The notes beneath the pieces are model-generated. The model saw only the letters and a program-made list of their open reading frames with translations. It was not told the DNA's origin and searched no databases. A stretch of 64,000 nucleotides of DNA from Chrysomallon squamiferum (lineage: Eukaryota; Animalia; Mollusca), in contig CM022675.1 of assembly GCA_012295275.1 (NCBI GenBank), positions 5,332,001 through 5,396,000 on the forward strand, in the 5' to 3' direction. This document shows, one piece after another, positions 32,414 through 47,612 of this stretch; within the stretch, counting starts at the first letter, position 1; each line of letters starts with the position of its first letter. Made by a program: the position numbers and the translations under genes.

Positions 32414-34335
32414 GTAATCTTTACAATAACAGGAAAAAGACAACAACAAACCCAACAATAACAAAAACTAAAAAACATTCAAAAGAGGGAACAATGATAT
32501 TAGGTTATTCTCAATTTACTTAAATAAATAAAATAAATTAAAATAAAAATAAAATAAAATAAAATAAAATAAAATAAAATAAAATAAAATAAAAATAAAC
32601 TACTACTACTACTAATAATAATAATGCTACTAATATTACAAAAACTAATATTTTAGATTCTACCTTTCAGTTTACAAAATCCGATGTCATTTTAGAATGT
32701 CTGTTTATTTGATCTTTTCAGATGTAAAAACAAAACTCTTTGTAACTTAGTTATTCTTCTACAACAATAATTTCAAACTGAGTACAAGAGACTTCTGTAT
32801 ATAATAGACTATTGAACACCAGAGATTAGAGATCTTTGTTATTGTTGTTTTTATTTATTTATTATTAATATTTTTAAAATTTCAGTTAAATAGCCAGAAG
32901 GAGAAATGAAAAATAAAGCAAAGAAAAATGAAATATTGAAATTGTAAATTCTGCTGTGCTATAGTATAGGTTTTGTAACACTATTGGAAGAGTTCTGCCC
33001 TTAATGATGGAGAAAATGTCTGAGCGAGGGACTCATTGGAACGGAAAAGTATTTACATCGATAAAATACTTCCTATTTAGAAATATATATCATATATGTG
33101 TGTGTGTTTGTGTGTGTGTATGTGTGTGTTTGTGTGTGTGTTGCAAATAATTTATCGAAATATATATAGTTAATTTCTTTGCTTTTAAAAATTATTTAGA
33201 ATTGCAAGTTAAAAGAAATAACTGGTTACTGCCTTTATTTTGGTCAAGTTGAATATCTCGGTAAAGCCTCGCTGCATTTGACATTCTAATCTTCGCAGGA
33301 CAATAATTTTAGACAGTAACTAGTTACCGCCCTGCACACAAATATAAAACATCTATTCCTCCATAAAGGAAAATCTAAAATGACAGTCATATAATATAAA
33401 CAGAAAGAGAGACAAACAGATCGGCAGATGTGTAAATATATCGATACACACAGATGCTGCACATCAATACATAATAGTAAACTAGACACTTAGCGATCGT
33501 TATGTTAATTCACTGCGTCTGTATGAATCTTTAATTCTTCACCAATCAAAAGAGACAAAATAGCCAATAAGCAACAAGATGAACAAACGCCTGTTTCAGA
33601 AGTTTTATAAGAAACCAGTGAACTACGAATAATTAGTCTGAACTCAGAAATCAACGGTGCAACGAAGGTAACGGAATGAACGTAATATTTGAACCATAAA
33701 CAAGAAAACTGGATTTATTTTATTTCTTATTTTAAGATTCTTTCAAAGATTAAAAATGAAATTTTCTGGATTTTATATCTTATTCGTTAACCAAGTCTTA
33801 GGTGTGATACATCGAGACATGGAATTTCAACACCACGTCATGAGCACGACGTCTCACTCGTCGTTGTATGATTGTTCAGCTGCCTATGTAGCTGATATGT
33901 GTTGTAAATCTTTTAACTTCTTCCCATCTACCCTGGAGTGTCAGCTCAACTACAAAACAAAGGAAGAAAGTTCACGAGATTTTGTCACAAAGAAAGGATC
34001 AGTTTACCAAGACAAAAATTCTATAGACAAGGTGAGATATTTTAATGTTTGTTTATTTTTCTACAACAGAAACTACTGCTGCTACTACTACTACTGCAGC
34101 TATTATTATTTCTCTAACTTTACCTGCTATTTTTATTCGTGCTACTTTAGTAAGATTATTGCTACTGCTATTTAATGATTCCCTTTTGTGAAATAGAAAA
34201 CAATCCACCTAAATAACTAGATAAATAATAAATAAAATGACCGTATGTTTATTGTTATAGAAACCTGTTTCAGCATTTATCTTTGAATTTATGACAAAAT
34301 ACTTCTTATTAAAACGAAAAATGAAAAAAACACTA

Positions 34336-34530
<195 letters not shown>

Positions 34531-35791
34531 TCAGACAGACAAACATACCTATATACATACATTCTACTTCTAGTTCTACTTCTGTTGCTACTACTATTAC
34601 TATTACCGCTGCTACTGATATTACTATCACTACAACTATTGCTATCACTACAACTACTACCGTTATATAGCTACTGTTCTACAACTACCACGATGCTACT
34701 ATCATATCGACGAAGACGAACATTACTCGTAATACTATACCTCTGTTACTACAGCTACAACGACTGTGACTAATACTAGTACTAGTTCAGCTTTTCCATA
34801 TCGGATGAAAATAAAAATAAATAAACAAACAAAAAATAAACAAATAAATAAAAATAAAAAATTAAAATCAAAAAAAAAACCGAAATAAAATAAAATCAAA
34901 ATGAACAAAATAAAAGTAAAATAAAACAAAATAAAATAAAACGAAAAAAATAAAATACCAAAAAAATAGAAAAAAAATAAAATAAAATAAAATAAAAAAA
35001 ATAAAACTACAAAACGTTTAAAAATAAAATAAAAATAAAATAAAAAAAAAAAAAAATAAAATAAAATAAAACAAAATAAAATAAAACAAAATAAAATAAA
35101 ATAAAACAAAATAAAATAAAATAAAATAATAAGGAATAATATTTTATTTAACAGTTACTCATTACACCAGTACAGGATGATCTCTGTACACAACACTCTA
35201 ACTTAAACTGGCGTAGTTCAACGCGTACGTCACGGAAATCAAAACAAGCCCCAAATTTAGATGTAGTCAGTTTGAAAATTAATAAACCAACAAAAAGACC
35301 GGGTTTTCCGGATTTTCTGGATTTCTCAAAGCTGGATAATTGGTTCAGTACCTGCGCCTTAACTACTACTACGGTTGTTGCTATGTCTACTACGACTACT
35401 ACTACCATTACTATTGTCACCTCTATCACTACTACCACCACTGTCACTATTACTAGCCAGCTGCTTCTGCTCTTGTTGCTGGAACTACAACTACAACAAC
35501 AATTACTACTACTAATATTACTACTTTAATTATTATCATCACTTTAACTACGACCACCACAACTACAATAATTCCACTAATTGTTGCTACAAAATGAACT
35601 ACTGCTACTTCTACTACAATTACTGCCAGTACTATAACTAATTTCACTAAAACTATTTCCACTACCATTATTGATGCTACTACTTCATCTTTATCTCTTT
35701 TGTACTGTTGCTACTAACACTATTACCACTACTACCACTACCACGAATAAGAACAACACAATCAACAACAACAGCAACATGGATGTCGCAC

Positions 35792-35931
35792 CATCCAGCC
35801 ACCAGAAAGTGTTGTCACATCACAAAACACAGTGAGGTTTCATACTTCTGGCGCAGTCAGTGTGTATACGTCACTACAGTCATTCGATCTCATGACGTCA
35901 TAGCAGTTACATGTTGCTATGGGATCCAACG
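35792..35931 (-). pseudogene. Inverted divergent FReD exon 3 with in-frame stop
   Basis: Minus strand LDPIATCNCYDVMRSNDCSDVYTLTAPEV*NLTVFCDVTTLSGGWM|gtgcga; no canonical AG at the expected acceptor. Confidence 0.75.
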
Positions 35932-35971
35932 TAAGGAAATAATCTTATTACATCATAAAAAACATACAGAC

Positions 35972-36104
<133 letters not shown>

Positions 36105-36786
36105 CAGATAGAGAGATACATAGGTACATGGATGGATGGATGGATTATATAAGTATGTAGGTAAATAGAAAATATATAGATAAGTAAAGATCGATAGATA
36201 AGAAACAGATACACTGATCAAAGGACTAATACATGAATGAATGGATGGATGGAAAAATTCAAAATAATTTAGTTATAAGTCATAAGAAATAGATACTCCG
36301 TTAAAGGGATGAAGGAATGCATGGATGGATGGATGAATAAATTCAATGAATATAGTCGTCATTCAGTGAAATCAGATCATTTTTGAACAGAACAAACACA
36401 GTAGTAGAAGTCATCAGTCATGCACACGTAATTAAATTTTAATTGAATCGTATTTAGAACTGTACACAAAAGAGATTATCACCAGTGCAGTGAAACAATG
36501 ATGTTATATCGTAATTAAAACTTTATTGTTTTTTTAGTATAAATATAACATCAAGCAGCAGTCTAGCTTTTGTCATATCAAAGCTGGTTCACTGCCTTTG
36601 TTTCTGTAGATGTATTCACATCAATGGAGCTGCTTGTCTCGAGAGTAATGGATTGAAAAGTTTGAATATCTTCATGCAGTATTAAGCAGTTTTGATCAAA
36701 TGTGAATAAAAAAACAGGATGAAACGTGACGCTCTGTTGTTTTGTTCCTGTTGCTGGAATGAATAAAAAAAAAAAAAAAAAAAAAA

Positions 36787-36886
<100 letters not shown>

Positions 36887-36939
36887 ATATTTAACATCAT
36901 TAGTGAAACTAATATTTCACATCATTAGTGAAATTATTA

Positions 36940-37480
36940 CTATCATAAACTATTATTTTACTACTGGAAGTTTTACTATAAGACATACTGCTATAACTAT
37001 TATTTTACTACTGGAAGTATTACTATAAGACATAAACATTCCTACTGCTATAACTATTATTTTACTAGTGGAAGACCTAAATTACTATAAGACATAAACA
37101 TTTCCTACTACTGCTATAACTATTATTTTACTACTGGAAGTATTTTACTATAAGACATAAACATTTACTACTGGAAGTATTACTATAAGACATAAACATT
37201 CTTACTGCTATTTTATTTTACTGGAAATTACTATAAGACATAAACATTACTGCTTTAACTATTATTTTACTGGAAGTATATAAGACATAAAACTACTATA
37301 ACTATTAAACTACTGGAAGTATTACTATAAGACATAAACACTGCTATAACTATTATTTTACTACTGGAAGTATCACTATAAGACATAAACATTCCTACTG
37401 CTATAACTATTATTTTACTACTGGAAGTATCACTATAAGACAAAAATATTCCTACAACTATAACTATTATTTTGCTACTC
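36940..37480 (-). repeat. Inverted 57-bp minisatellite array, partly degenerate
   Basis: Reverse complement of the 57-bp unit (ctataactattattttactactggaagtattactataagacataaacattcctactg). Confidence 0.85.
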
Positions 37481-37553
37481 TAAACAGCAAACACTATCAC
37501 TTCTATCACCAGAAAGTCTATTGCTCTTCTTCCGCTACTTATACTACTACTGT

Positions 37554-37585
<32 letters not shown>

Positions 37586-38132
37586 TTACAGCTACTTACT
37601 GCTGCTGCTGCTACAATAATTAAAGCTGTTACTAGTACCATTCTACTGATAGTAATGTACATAAAAACACCAAAAAAACAACTACTACTATTACCACTAT
37701 TGATGATGTGGGATATTTTTAATTTATTAATTTATTAGTTGATTTCTTTTATCTTTCATTTTTATTTTTTGCTGTATCCTTCTTTTTTCATTTAAATTTA
37801 ATATTCTCTTTGTTTTTGTTTTTCTCTCATTTCTTCAACTTCTTCAAATTCTTCGTCTTTATCTTCTTCCTTTTCTTTGGTTTTTTTTTTTATACTTTTC
37901 TTCTTTTTCTTTTGCTTGTTCGCTTCTTAATTTTCTTCATCTTGTTATTTGCAGTCTGTTTCTGGAATCTGTGGTACGTCCGTCTGTTCGTCGTATCAGC
38001 AATGTGAAGTACGTGAAGAACAAAGAAAATGTGTATCACGTGACAGCAACGTAGCACTAGCATCGACAAAAGGGTCTTTAGGTAAAACTAAATAAAAAAT
38101 GAGATACTCACTAAAAAAAAAAAAAAATAATA

Positions 38133-38188
<56 letters not shown>

Positions 38189-38577
38189 CATAAATAAATA
38201 AATAGTAAATATATAATAATAAAAAAGGGTTAATCTATTAAATAAAATAAAATAAAATAAAATAAAATGATAAATAATAAGAACTTTATTTAGATTAGTT
38301 CATATTTCTGCTTGATAAATAAATAATGTATTTGACAGATCAAACAACGAAAGTGATGCGTAACTGCTATGACGTCATGATGATGTTTCCATGTTCTGGA
38401 ATTGCAGTACTGACGTCATATGAAGTTAACAACGTGACTGTGTTTTGTGACATGTCAACGCTGTACGGTGGTTGGCTGGTAAGAAGGGACCAGTCATTTT
38501 ATAAGTATTTCATTTCATTGACTCATTATTTCTTCATTCATTCGTTCATTCATTAGTTCATTCGTTTGTTTGTTTGT

Positions 38578-38612
<35 letters not shown>

Positions 38613-38721
38613 TTTTTTTATTTTTTTTTTGTTATTCTTTATTTCTTTCATCTACAAAAACCGGTAATATATTTTTTTAAATTCTTTTTTATTTTTTTTT
38701 ATATATATATATATATATATA

Positions 38722-38862
38722 TCACATTGTCTATAGAATTTTTGTTTTGGTAAATTGATCCTTTCTTAGTGACAAAATCTTGTGAACTTTCTTCCTTTGT
38801 TTTGTAGTTCAGTTGACACAACAAGGTAGATGTGAAGAAGTTAAAAGATTTACAACACACAT
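38722..38862 (-). pseudogene. Inverted 3' half of the PAN exon within intron 3 of copy C
   Basis: Minus strand [44 protein letters not shown]. Confidence 0.85.
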
Positions 38863-38928
38863 TTTTTTTTGTATTGTTTTCTTCCAAAGTAATGATGCAA
38901 AGCTAGTTGTAAATACAACTAAATATAA

Positions 38929-39099
<171 letters not shown>

Positions 39100-40796
39100 T
39101 AATATTTACTACTGCTGCTGCTACTACTACTACTACTACTACTACTACTATTACAATTACGATTACTACTATTACTACTATTACTTGTACTAGCTCTTCT
39201 ACTACTACTAATACTACTCATCCTGCTACTACCACTATTACTATACTATTGAAACTATTACAAGAATCACCGTTACTACTACTATTGTTGTTCTTGATGA
39301 CATCTCCATCATTACAGCTACTACTATTATTTTTATATCAATTAATATATTTCTTTTACTCAGGAAACGAGAAAATCTACAAGATAACAAGTAAACTGAA
39401 ATACGTGCTACGTGTTGATCTAGAAGACTTTGAAGGAAACAAACGTTACGCGATGTACTCGACATTTTCACTGGGTAGTGAGGCAGAGAACTACACTCTA
39501 CACATTGGATCTTACAGCGGAAACGCAGGTTGGTATGGAAACAAGCTAAAACAGACTGAATGAATATCTATTTATATATATTTATGTTTGTCTATATGTG
39601 TCTATATGGAGGTGTTATAGTAGGTTGCTATGACAACAGATAATGCACGTACAACAAAGTATAATATATATATATATATATCTAGAAGCCCAGAGATTGC
39701 TGAGATTGTTATTATTAAAATAACTCATGAAATACTGTTCATTATATTATTGCTACTATTGTTGTATCATTTTCATAACAGTACAACAACGAAATCAACA
39801 ACAATACTTACTATACTACTACTACTACTACTAGCACCGCCACTATTACAACCACTAATACAACTGTTATTATTTTAAGGAAACTCACTGAGCGGATATA
39901 GCGGTTTTTCGTTCAGTACAAAGGATGTTGACAATGACATTAATAAAAACGGGAACTGTGCTCAACGTTATAAAGGTGCCTGGTGGTACAAAAAAAAATG
40001 TGTCATAGTGCTAATCTAAACGGCTTAGGTACCTGGGGGGCCTTACTAAGGTATACGCCGAAGGAGTTACTTGGAGTTCGTGGAGAGGCCAGTTCTACTC
40101 GTTGAAGAGAACTGAAATGAAAATAAGACCAGTTTTCTCTTGAAGATATACCATGTGTTTGTTAAATGAGGTTGATTTTGTTTTTGAAAACATTTTGTTG
40201 CCTGTTATTAACGTTTACTAGAATTATTACATATTGTTATTATTCCTTAGAGATGAATAGACTAGTTCTCTGTTCAGTATTTTGTATAGATTTATGATCT
40301 TTTATTTAAGAGGCCTTGGTGAGGTAAATGAGTTTTAGATTTTTTCGAAATTGCAAGAATAAAATTCACTTATTGAGAATTACATCGTTTCACTTTTTAT
40401 ATGATATTTATTTATTTATTTAGTTAATGTTTTAAAATTCCGTGTTTGTTAGTTTTACATTTAAAGCAATATTGTCGTTGTTAATATTACGTGTGACAAA
40501 TAGTATATCAATTTAAGATAATAATAATACTAATCTGTTATACAATATTGTTGTTCTTGTTGTTTTGTTTTGTTTTGTTTCTTGTTGTTGTTGTTGTTTT
40601 GTTTGTTTTTGTTTTGTTGTTGTTTTTTTTTCGTCTGGAGAATACAAGTTTAAAAGCTTTGAAAACATATTTCACATTTTAATATCATTAATATCCTGTT
40701 TTTCTCACGTACATCTGGTCTAATAAAATTCTTTAAACTATTTATTCTTTAGTTGTTATTTGACTAATTTGGTTCATCTTTCATCGCTCATAACAA

Positions 40797-41440
40797 AGCA
40801 GGAAAGGAACGTTATACTGTCACAAAACATCTGAATGCCGCCATTTTATTCTTTCGTAACCCGAGTCTTGAGGTCATTACGTACGTGGTGAACTTAAGTT
40901 TTTACTTATTTATGAGCTACTTCTATCAGATAACTAAGACAAATACTAATAGTTACATTTTTCTTTTTCTTTTTTTTCAAATGTACTCGTTTCTTGTAAG
41001 TTAATTAAGATTGGATGAGGGAGAAACATTAATTAAATTAAAAGCAAATAAATAAAAATTAAAAATAAAACAAATATTTGAACATTATAAAGAGAAACAA
41101 CTGAAAAATATACAATTTCTTTATAATCATTATGCAATGCTGATGATTATGATGAAGCTGATAATAATGATGCTGTTTTGACTATAACGATAATAATGGA
41201 GTCGATGATTATGATCGAAAAGATGCAAACAAATATCACGGCTGTAGTTAAGGTGATGATGATGATGATATTGGTGATCGTAATGACGACGCAAAGGATT
41301 ATGACGATCACAGTTAACAGTGGTCTTGAAGTTGGTGTCAACAAAGGTGTTGTGGTAGTTAATACTGTATTAAGAAATTAAAATAAAGCATTGACACACA
41401 ATATTTCATTAACAAAATACGTTAGCACATAAAACATGTA

Positions 41441-41504
<64 letters not shown>

Positions 41505-43320
41505 ATTATTATTATTATTATTATAAAATATCAAATAGATTCCAAAGAATTTTGTTTTGCTTTAAATCAATCGTTTTATTATTAAATGGAGTCAAAAATT
41601 ATTATTATTCATAACAAAGACACAGTTTTAATCAAACTTGCCTGATAGATAATTCCCAGTACAAAACATTATAGTGCGAGAATTCACTCGCAGAAATAAA
41701 AAAATTATTAAACAACAAATTGATCTGAATCCCTGGTTATTTCGCTGAAATCAATAAAAACATAAGTGACTTCCCTTAGTAAACTCTTCAGCCTGAAGTC
41801 TGAATTGTTCTGTGACACGAAGAGTCAGATAAAACATTTCATGTTCTATAAAAAGAAGATGTTAATAGCTTTATTAAAAGTAAATGTACACAGAGAGACA
41901 TCAAGTGATAACAACAGAAGAAAAAGAAAGGTTTTATATGAACGTGTTTCAAACAGTATTGATATACAGCGTGGTTACGCACGGAATCTTCCTTTAGAAA
42001 AGAGCCTGATGAACTGTTCCGGCGGAATGTTCCATTAGAACGAAGTTTGACGAACTGTTCCCACATGGAATGATCCATTAAAACAAATGTTCATGAAATA
42101 TTCCCACATGGAATGTTCCATTAGAACGAAGTTTGACGAACTGTTCCCACATGGAATGATCCATTAAAACAAATGTTTATGAAATATTCCCACATGGAAT
42201 GTTCCATTAGAACGAAGTTGGACGAACTTTTCCAACATGGAATGTTCCGTTACAACAAAGTTTGACGATCCTGTTCCGACATGGAATATTCCATAAGAAC
42301 AAAGCTTGATTAACTGTTCCGAATTGGAATGTTCCATGGAAAGTTTTATGAAATATTCCTTTACAACAAAAAGTTTGATGAACTCTTCCTTCAAGACACA
42401 GCTTCATGAACTGATCTTTATTTTAGAACATGGAAAAACAATAGCTCACTGAAAATTAATCCCTCTGAGGAAAAAATAAGAAAAAATAAATAAAGAAACG
42501 AACACACTTGTAAATAAACAAAATACTAAATAACCAATTAAAAACAAATACAATTTTAAAGTAATTAAATAAACATCTTAATATTGCCGAGAGATATTAA
42601 AACTTATACAAGACTCAAATGAAGAAGCTGAACTTTAATTTCAAAACTAAACTAATCTTAACTTCAGTACTAAACTGGCCTTATTTCCCAGACAAAAATG
42701 GTCTTATTTCCCAGAAAAAAGTGGTCTTATTTTCATCTCGGTTCTCTTCAACGAGTAGAACTGGCCTCTCCACGGACTCCAAGTAACTCCTTTGGCGTAT
42801 ACCTTAGTAAGGCCTCCCAGGTACAAGCCGTTCAGATTTGAACTGTGACAGCACGTATACCACCACGCTCCGTAATAGAGTTCGGCACAGTTTAAATAAC
42901 ACGTATCCTGATCCTTATCCTTAGTTGTAAAAGAATTACCACTGTGCCCGGCAAGTGAGTCACCTTCGGAACGGGAAAAAATATAAATGTAAATTATCAT
43001 TATGACTATGAAAGAAAAGCAAGAGCAATCTTTGTACTACAACACACAGGCACTCTCATACGCATATATGCACAGATGCACACACTGATACATATATACG
43101 GACCCACGCACAGACAAAAGCACATATGTGTATACACATACGAAAAGACATACACAAAAAAACAGTTGAAAACCAAGACACATTGATCCACACACTTACA
43201 CACATTCGTACAAAAACAGTTAAACGGATACAGAAATGCATATACATACAGACACACAAACACAGATATTCAAACACACATACAGGCAGATACAGACATC
43301 CCCCCCATATAGAGATATAT
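40797..43320 (-). repeat. Inverted segmental duplicate of about 6650-9005 (FReD last exon + 3' flank)
   Basis: 40797-40940 is the reverse complement of 8860-9004; 41560-41825 matches 8125-8415; exon 6 and the 3' UTR are also mirrored. Confidence 0.85.
42704..42963 (-). CDS. FReD terminal exon (copy D), intact; upstream exons not found before the satellite and gap
   Basis: ccgaag|[51 protein letters not shown]...KIRPLFSGK*, 260 nt as in copies A and B. Confidence 0.8.
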
Positions 43321-43329
43321 AGAGAAATA

Positions 43330-43486
<157 letters not shown>

Positions 43487-43868
43487 TATATATATATATA
43501 TAGATAGATAGATAGATAGATAGACATAGATATAGATAGAGAGATAGATAGTTAGACAGACAGACAGATATACACAAAGGTCTCGATACATACTATAAGA
43601 GAAGGCGGTTCCACGATACAGACAGATAAATAGATATACACATCACGTTTAGCTTACGACGAGTTCGCTCGCCATTCGTCAGAAATGGCAGCAACACCCG
43701 CCACCTGTTTATTTAGACTGGCTGTCAAGCCATTGTTTTACACTTTTGGTGTCAGACGTTCTCGTATCTTGTTCTTAAACAAAATAGATGTAAGCGACGA
43801 CTGTCACATTTACAAATTACCCCCTGCGGCGTTTCATCTGAAATTTGCTGCTAATTCACGATGCCTGC

Positions 43869-46800
43869 GTAATCAGTGTATGACTGTGTAATCAGTGTAT
43901 GGCTGTGTAATCAGTGTATGTCTGTGTAATCAGTGTATGTCTGTGTAATCAGTGTATGTCTGTGTAATCAGTGTATGTCTGTGTAATCAGTGTATGTCTG
44001 TGTAATCAGTGTATGTCTGTGTAATCAGTGTATGTCTGTGTAATCAGTGTATGTCTGTGTAATCAGTGTATGGCTGTGTAATCAGTGTATGTCTGTGTAA
44101 TCAGTGCTGTGTAAATCAGTGTGTGTGTAATCAGTGTAATCTGTGTAATCAGTGTCTGTGTAATCAGTGTATGTCTGTGTAATCAGTGTATGACTGTGTA
44201 ATCAGTGTATGGCTGTGTAATCAGTGTATGTCTGTGTAATCAGTGTATGTCTGTGTAATCAGTGTATGGCTGTGTAATCAGTGTATGTCTGTGTAATCAG
44301 TGTATGTCTGTGTAATCAGTGTATGGCTGTGTAATCAGTGTATGTCTGTGTAATCTGTGTAATCAGTGTATGGCTGTGTAATCAGTGTATGTCTGTGTAA
44401 TCAGTGTGTAATCAGTCTGTGTAATCAGTGTATGTCTGTGTAATCTGTGTGTATGGCTGTGTAATCAGTGTATGGCTGTGTAATCAATCATGTCTGTGTA
44501 ATCAGTGTATGTCTGTGTAATCAGTGTATGTCTGTGTAATCAGTGTATAGCTGTGTAATCAGTGTATAGCTGTGTAATCAGTGTATGGCTGTGTAATCAG
44601 TGTATGGCTGTGTAATCAGTGTATGTCTGTGTAATCAGTGTATGGCTGTGTAATCAGTGTATGTCTGTGTAATCAGTGTATGTCTGTGTAATCAGTGTAT
44701 GGCTGTGTAATCAGTGTATGGCTGTGTAATCAGTGTATGGCTGTGTAATCAGTGTATGGCTGTGTAATCAGTGTATGTCTGTGTAATCAGTGTATGTCTG
44801 TGTAATCAGTGTATGGCTGTGTAATCAGTGTATGTCTGTGTAATCAGTGTATGGCTGTGTAATCAGTGTATGTCTGTGTAATCAGTGTATGTCTGTGTAA
44901 TCAGTGTATGTCTGTGTAATCAGTGTATGTCTGTGTAATCGTGTGTAGCTGTGTAATCAGTGTATGGCTGTGTAATCAGTGTATGTCTGTGTAATCAGTG
45001 TATGTCTGTGTAATCAGTGTATGTCTGTGTAATCAGTGTATGTCTGTGTAATCAGTGTATGTCTGTGTAATCAGTGTATGTCTGTGTAATCAGTGTATGT
45101 CTGTGTAATCAGTGTATGTCTGTGTAATCAGTGTATGGCTGTGTAATCAGTGTATGGCTGTGTAATCAGTGTATGTCTGTGTAATCAGTGTATGTCAGTG
45201 TAATCAGTGTATCGGTGTAATCAGTGTATGTCTGTGTAATCAGTGTATCGCTGTGTAATCAGTGTATGGCTGTGTAATCAGTGTATAGCATGTAATCAGT
45301 GTATGTCTGTGTAATCAGTGTATGGCTGTGTAATCAGTGTAATATGTATGTGTAATCAGTGTATGGCTGTGTAATCAGTGTATGTAATCAGTGTATGTCT
45401 GTGTAATCAGTGTATATGTCTGTGTAATCAGTGTATGGCTGTGTAATCAGTGTATGGCTGTGTAATCAGTGTATGGCTGTGTAATCAGTGTATGTCTGTG
45501 TAATCAGTGTATGGCTGTGTAATCAGTGTATGTAATCAGTGTATGTCTGTGTAATCAGTGTATGGCTGTGTAATCAGTGTATGGCTGTGTAATCAGTGTA
45601 TGGCTGTGTAATCAGTGTATGTCTGTGTAATCAGTGTATGTCTGTGTAATCAGTGTATGTCTGTGTAATCAGTGTATGGCTGTGTAATCAGTGTATGTCT
45701 GTGTAATCAGTGTATGTCTGTGTAATCAGTGTATGTCTGTGTAATCAGTGTATGTCTGTGTAATCAGTGTATGTCTGTGTAATCAGTGTATGTCTGTGTA
45801 ATCAGTGTATGTCTGTGTAATCAGTGTATGTCTGTGTAATCAGTGTATGTCTGTGTAATCAGTGTATGTCTGTGTAATCAGTGTATGGCTGTGTAATCAG
45901 TGTATGTCTGTGTAATCAGTGTATGGCTGTGTAATCAGTGTATGTCAGTGTAATCTGTGTAATCAGTGTATGTCTGTGTAATCAGTGTATAGCTGTGTAA
46001 TCAGTGTATGGCTGTGTAATCAGTGTATGTCTGTGTAATCAGTGTATAGCTGTGTAATCAGTGTATGGCTGTGTAATCAGTGTATGTCTGTGTAATCAGT
46101 GTATGGCTGTGTAATCAGTGTATGTCTGTGTAATCAGTGTATGTCAGTGTAATCAGTGTATGGCTGTGTAATCAGTGTATGACTGTGTAATCAGTGTATG
46201 TCTGTGTAATCAGTGTATGGCTGTGTAATCAGTGTATGTCTGTGTAATCAGTGTATGTCTGTGTAATCAGTGTATGGCTGTGTAATCAGTGTATGTCTGT
46301 GTAATCAGTGTATGTCTGTGTAATCAGTGTATGGCTGTGTAATCAGTGTATGGCTGTGTAATCAGTGTATGGCTGTGTAATCAGTGTATGTCTGTGTAAT
46401 CAGTAATGTGTATGTCTGTGTAATCAGTGTATGTCTGTGTAATCAGTGTATATGTCTGTGTAATCAGTGTATGTCTGTGTAATCAGTGTATGTCTGTGTA
46501 ATCAGTGTATGTCTGTGTAATCAGTGTATGTCTGTGTAATCAGTGTATGTCTGTGTAATCAGTGTATGTCTGTGTAATCAGTGTATGTCTGTGTAATCAG
46601 TGTATGTCTGTGTAATCAGTGTATGTCTGTGTAATCAGTGTATGGCTGTGTAATCAGTGTATGGCTGTGTAATCAGTGTATGGCTGTGTAATCAGTGTAT
46701 GTCTGTGTAATCAGTGTATCGCTGTGTAATCAGTGTATAGCTGTGTAATCAGTGTATAGCTGTGTAATCAGTGTATGGCTGTGTAATCAGTGTATGGCTG

Positions 46801-46878
46801 TGTAATCAGTGTATGGCTGTGTAATCAGTGTATGGCTAGCTGTGTAATCTGTGTAATCAGTCCGTGTAATCAGTGTAT
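43869..46878. repeat. 19-bp satellite (gtaatcagtgtatg(t/g)ctgt)n, about 3 kb, running into the gap
   Basis: Roughly 155-160 near-identical tandem units. Confidence 0.97.
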
Positions 46879-47078
46879 NNNNNNNNNNNNNNNNNNNNNN
46901 NNNNNNNNNNNNNNNNNNNNNNNNNNNNNNNNNNNNNNNNNNNNNNNNNNNNNNNNNNNNNNNNNNNNNNNNNNNNNNNNNNNNNNNNNNNNNNNNNNNN
47001 NNNNNNNNNNNNNNNNNNNNNNNNNNNNNNNNNNNNNNNNNNNNNNNNNNNNNNNNNNNNNNNNNNNNNNNNNNNNNN
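46879..47078. other. Assembly gap (200 N)
   Basis: Run of exactly 200 N; adjacency of the two halves is scaffold-inferred. Confidence 0.99.
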
Positions 47079-47483
47079 AGAAAATGAATTACAAAAACAG
47101 ATATTTTTCGATAGATAAAATCTTAGCTATGGTAGGTGGACACAACAGTGGTAAATTATTACAAACTTTCACGTCATGTCATTTTATTGATCTGGTTCAT
47201 TACCTGCAAAGACTGTTTTTATTTAATAAGCCCTTTCCAGAAAAAACAAAACATGTTGTATTCTTATGGAAAATGTACTGACATATTTGTAATAAAATGA
47301 AAGATACACTAAAAAATGTTCAAAATTTAATTACTGAAATAGCGTGAGAGTGTTGATGCATTGGAGAAAAGTATCTTTGACATCAGAAACGTACCTTTAA
47401 AATTACTACATTTTTTTATTTTATTAATTTTTTTTTTTATATAGTTTTAAATATTTCCATATTGTAAATGTTTATCATTCCAG

Positions 47484-47612
47484 CTGTTTCTGACTGTTTC
47501 TTGAAGACAGGAAAAAGTTGTTCTTACGGCTGTGATAATGAAACATCAACAAATTTCGTTTGTACATGCCCCAGTGGTTATAAACTCATGTCTGATGGGG
47601 CTAACTGTGAAA
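47484..47612 (+). CDS. EGF exon
   Basis: [42 protein letters not shown]; ag/gt. Confidence 0.85.

Noticed and set aside
35840-35842. In-frame TGA as selenocysteine
   Set aside because: Aligns with Asn/Ile rather than Cys in paralogs, and the exon also lacks an acceptor; a nonsense mutation is simpler.
43869-46878. CRISPR-like or telomeric array
   Set aside because: Head-to-tail units without unique spacers, no cas genes, eukaryotic context, not TTAGGG.
46790-47281. ORFs spanning the N-run, and functional linkage of the FReD cluster to the EGF/SEA gene
   Set aside because: Artefact of the gap; physical distance and orientation across the gap are unverified.
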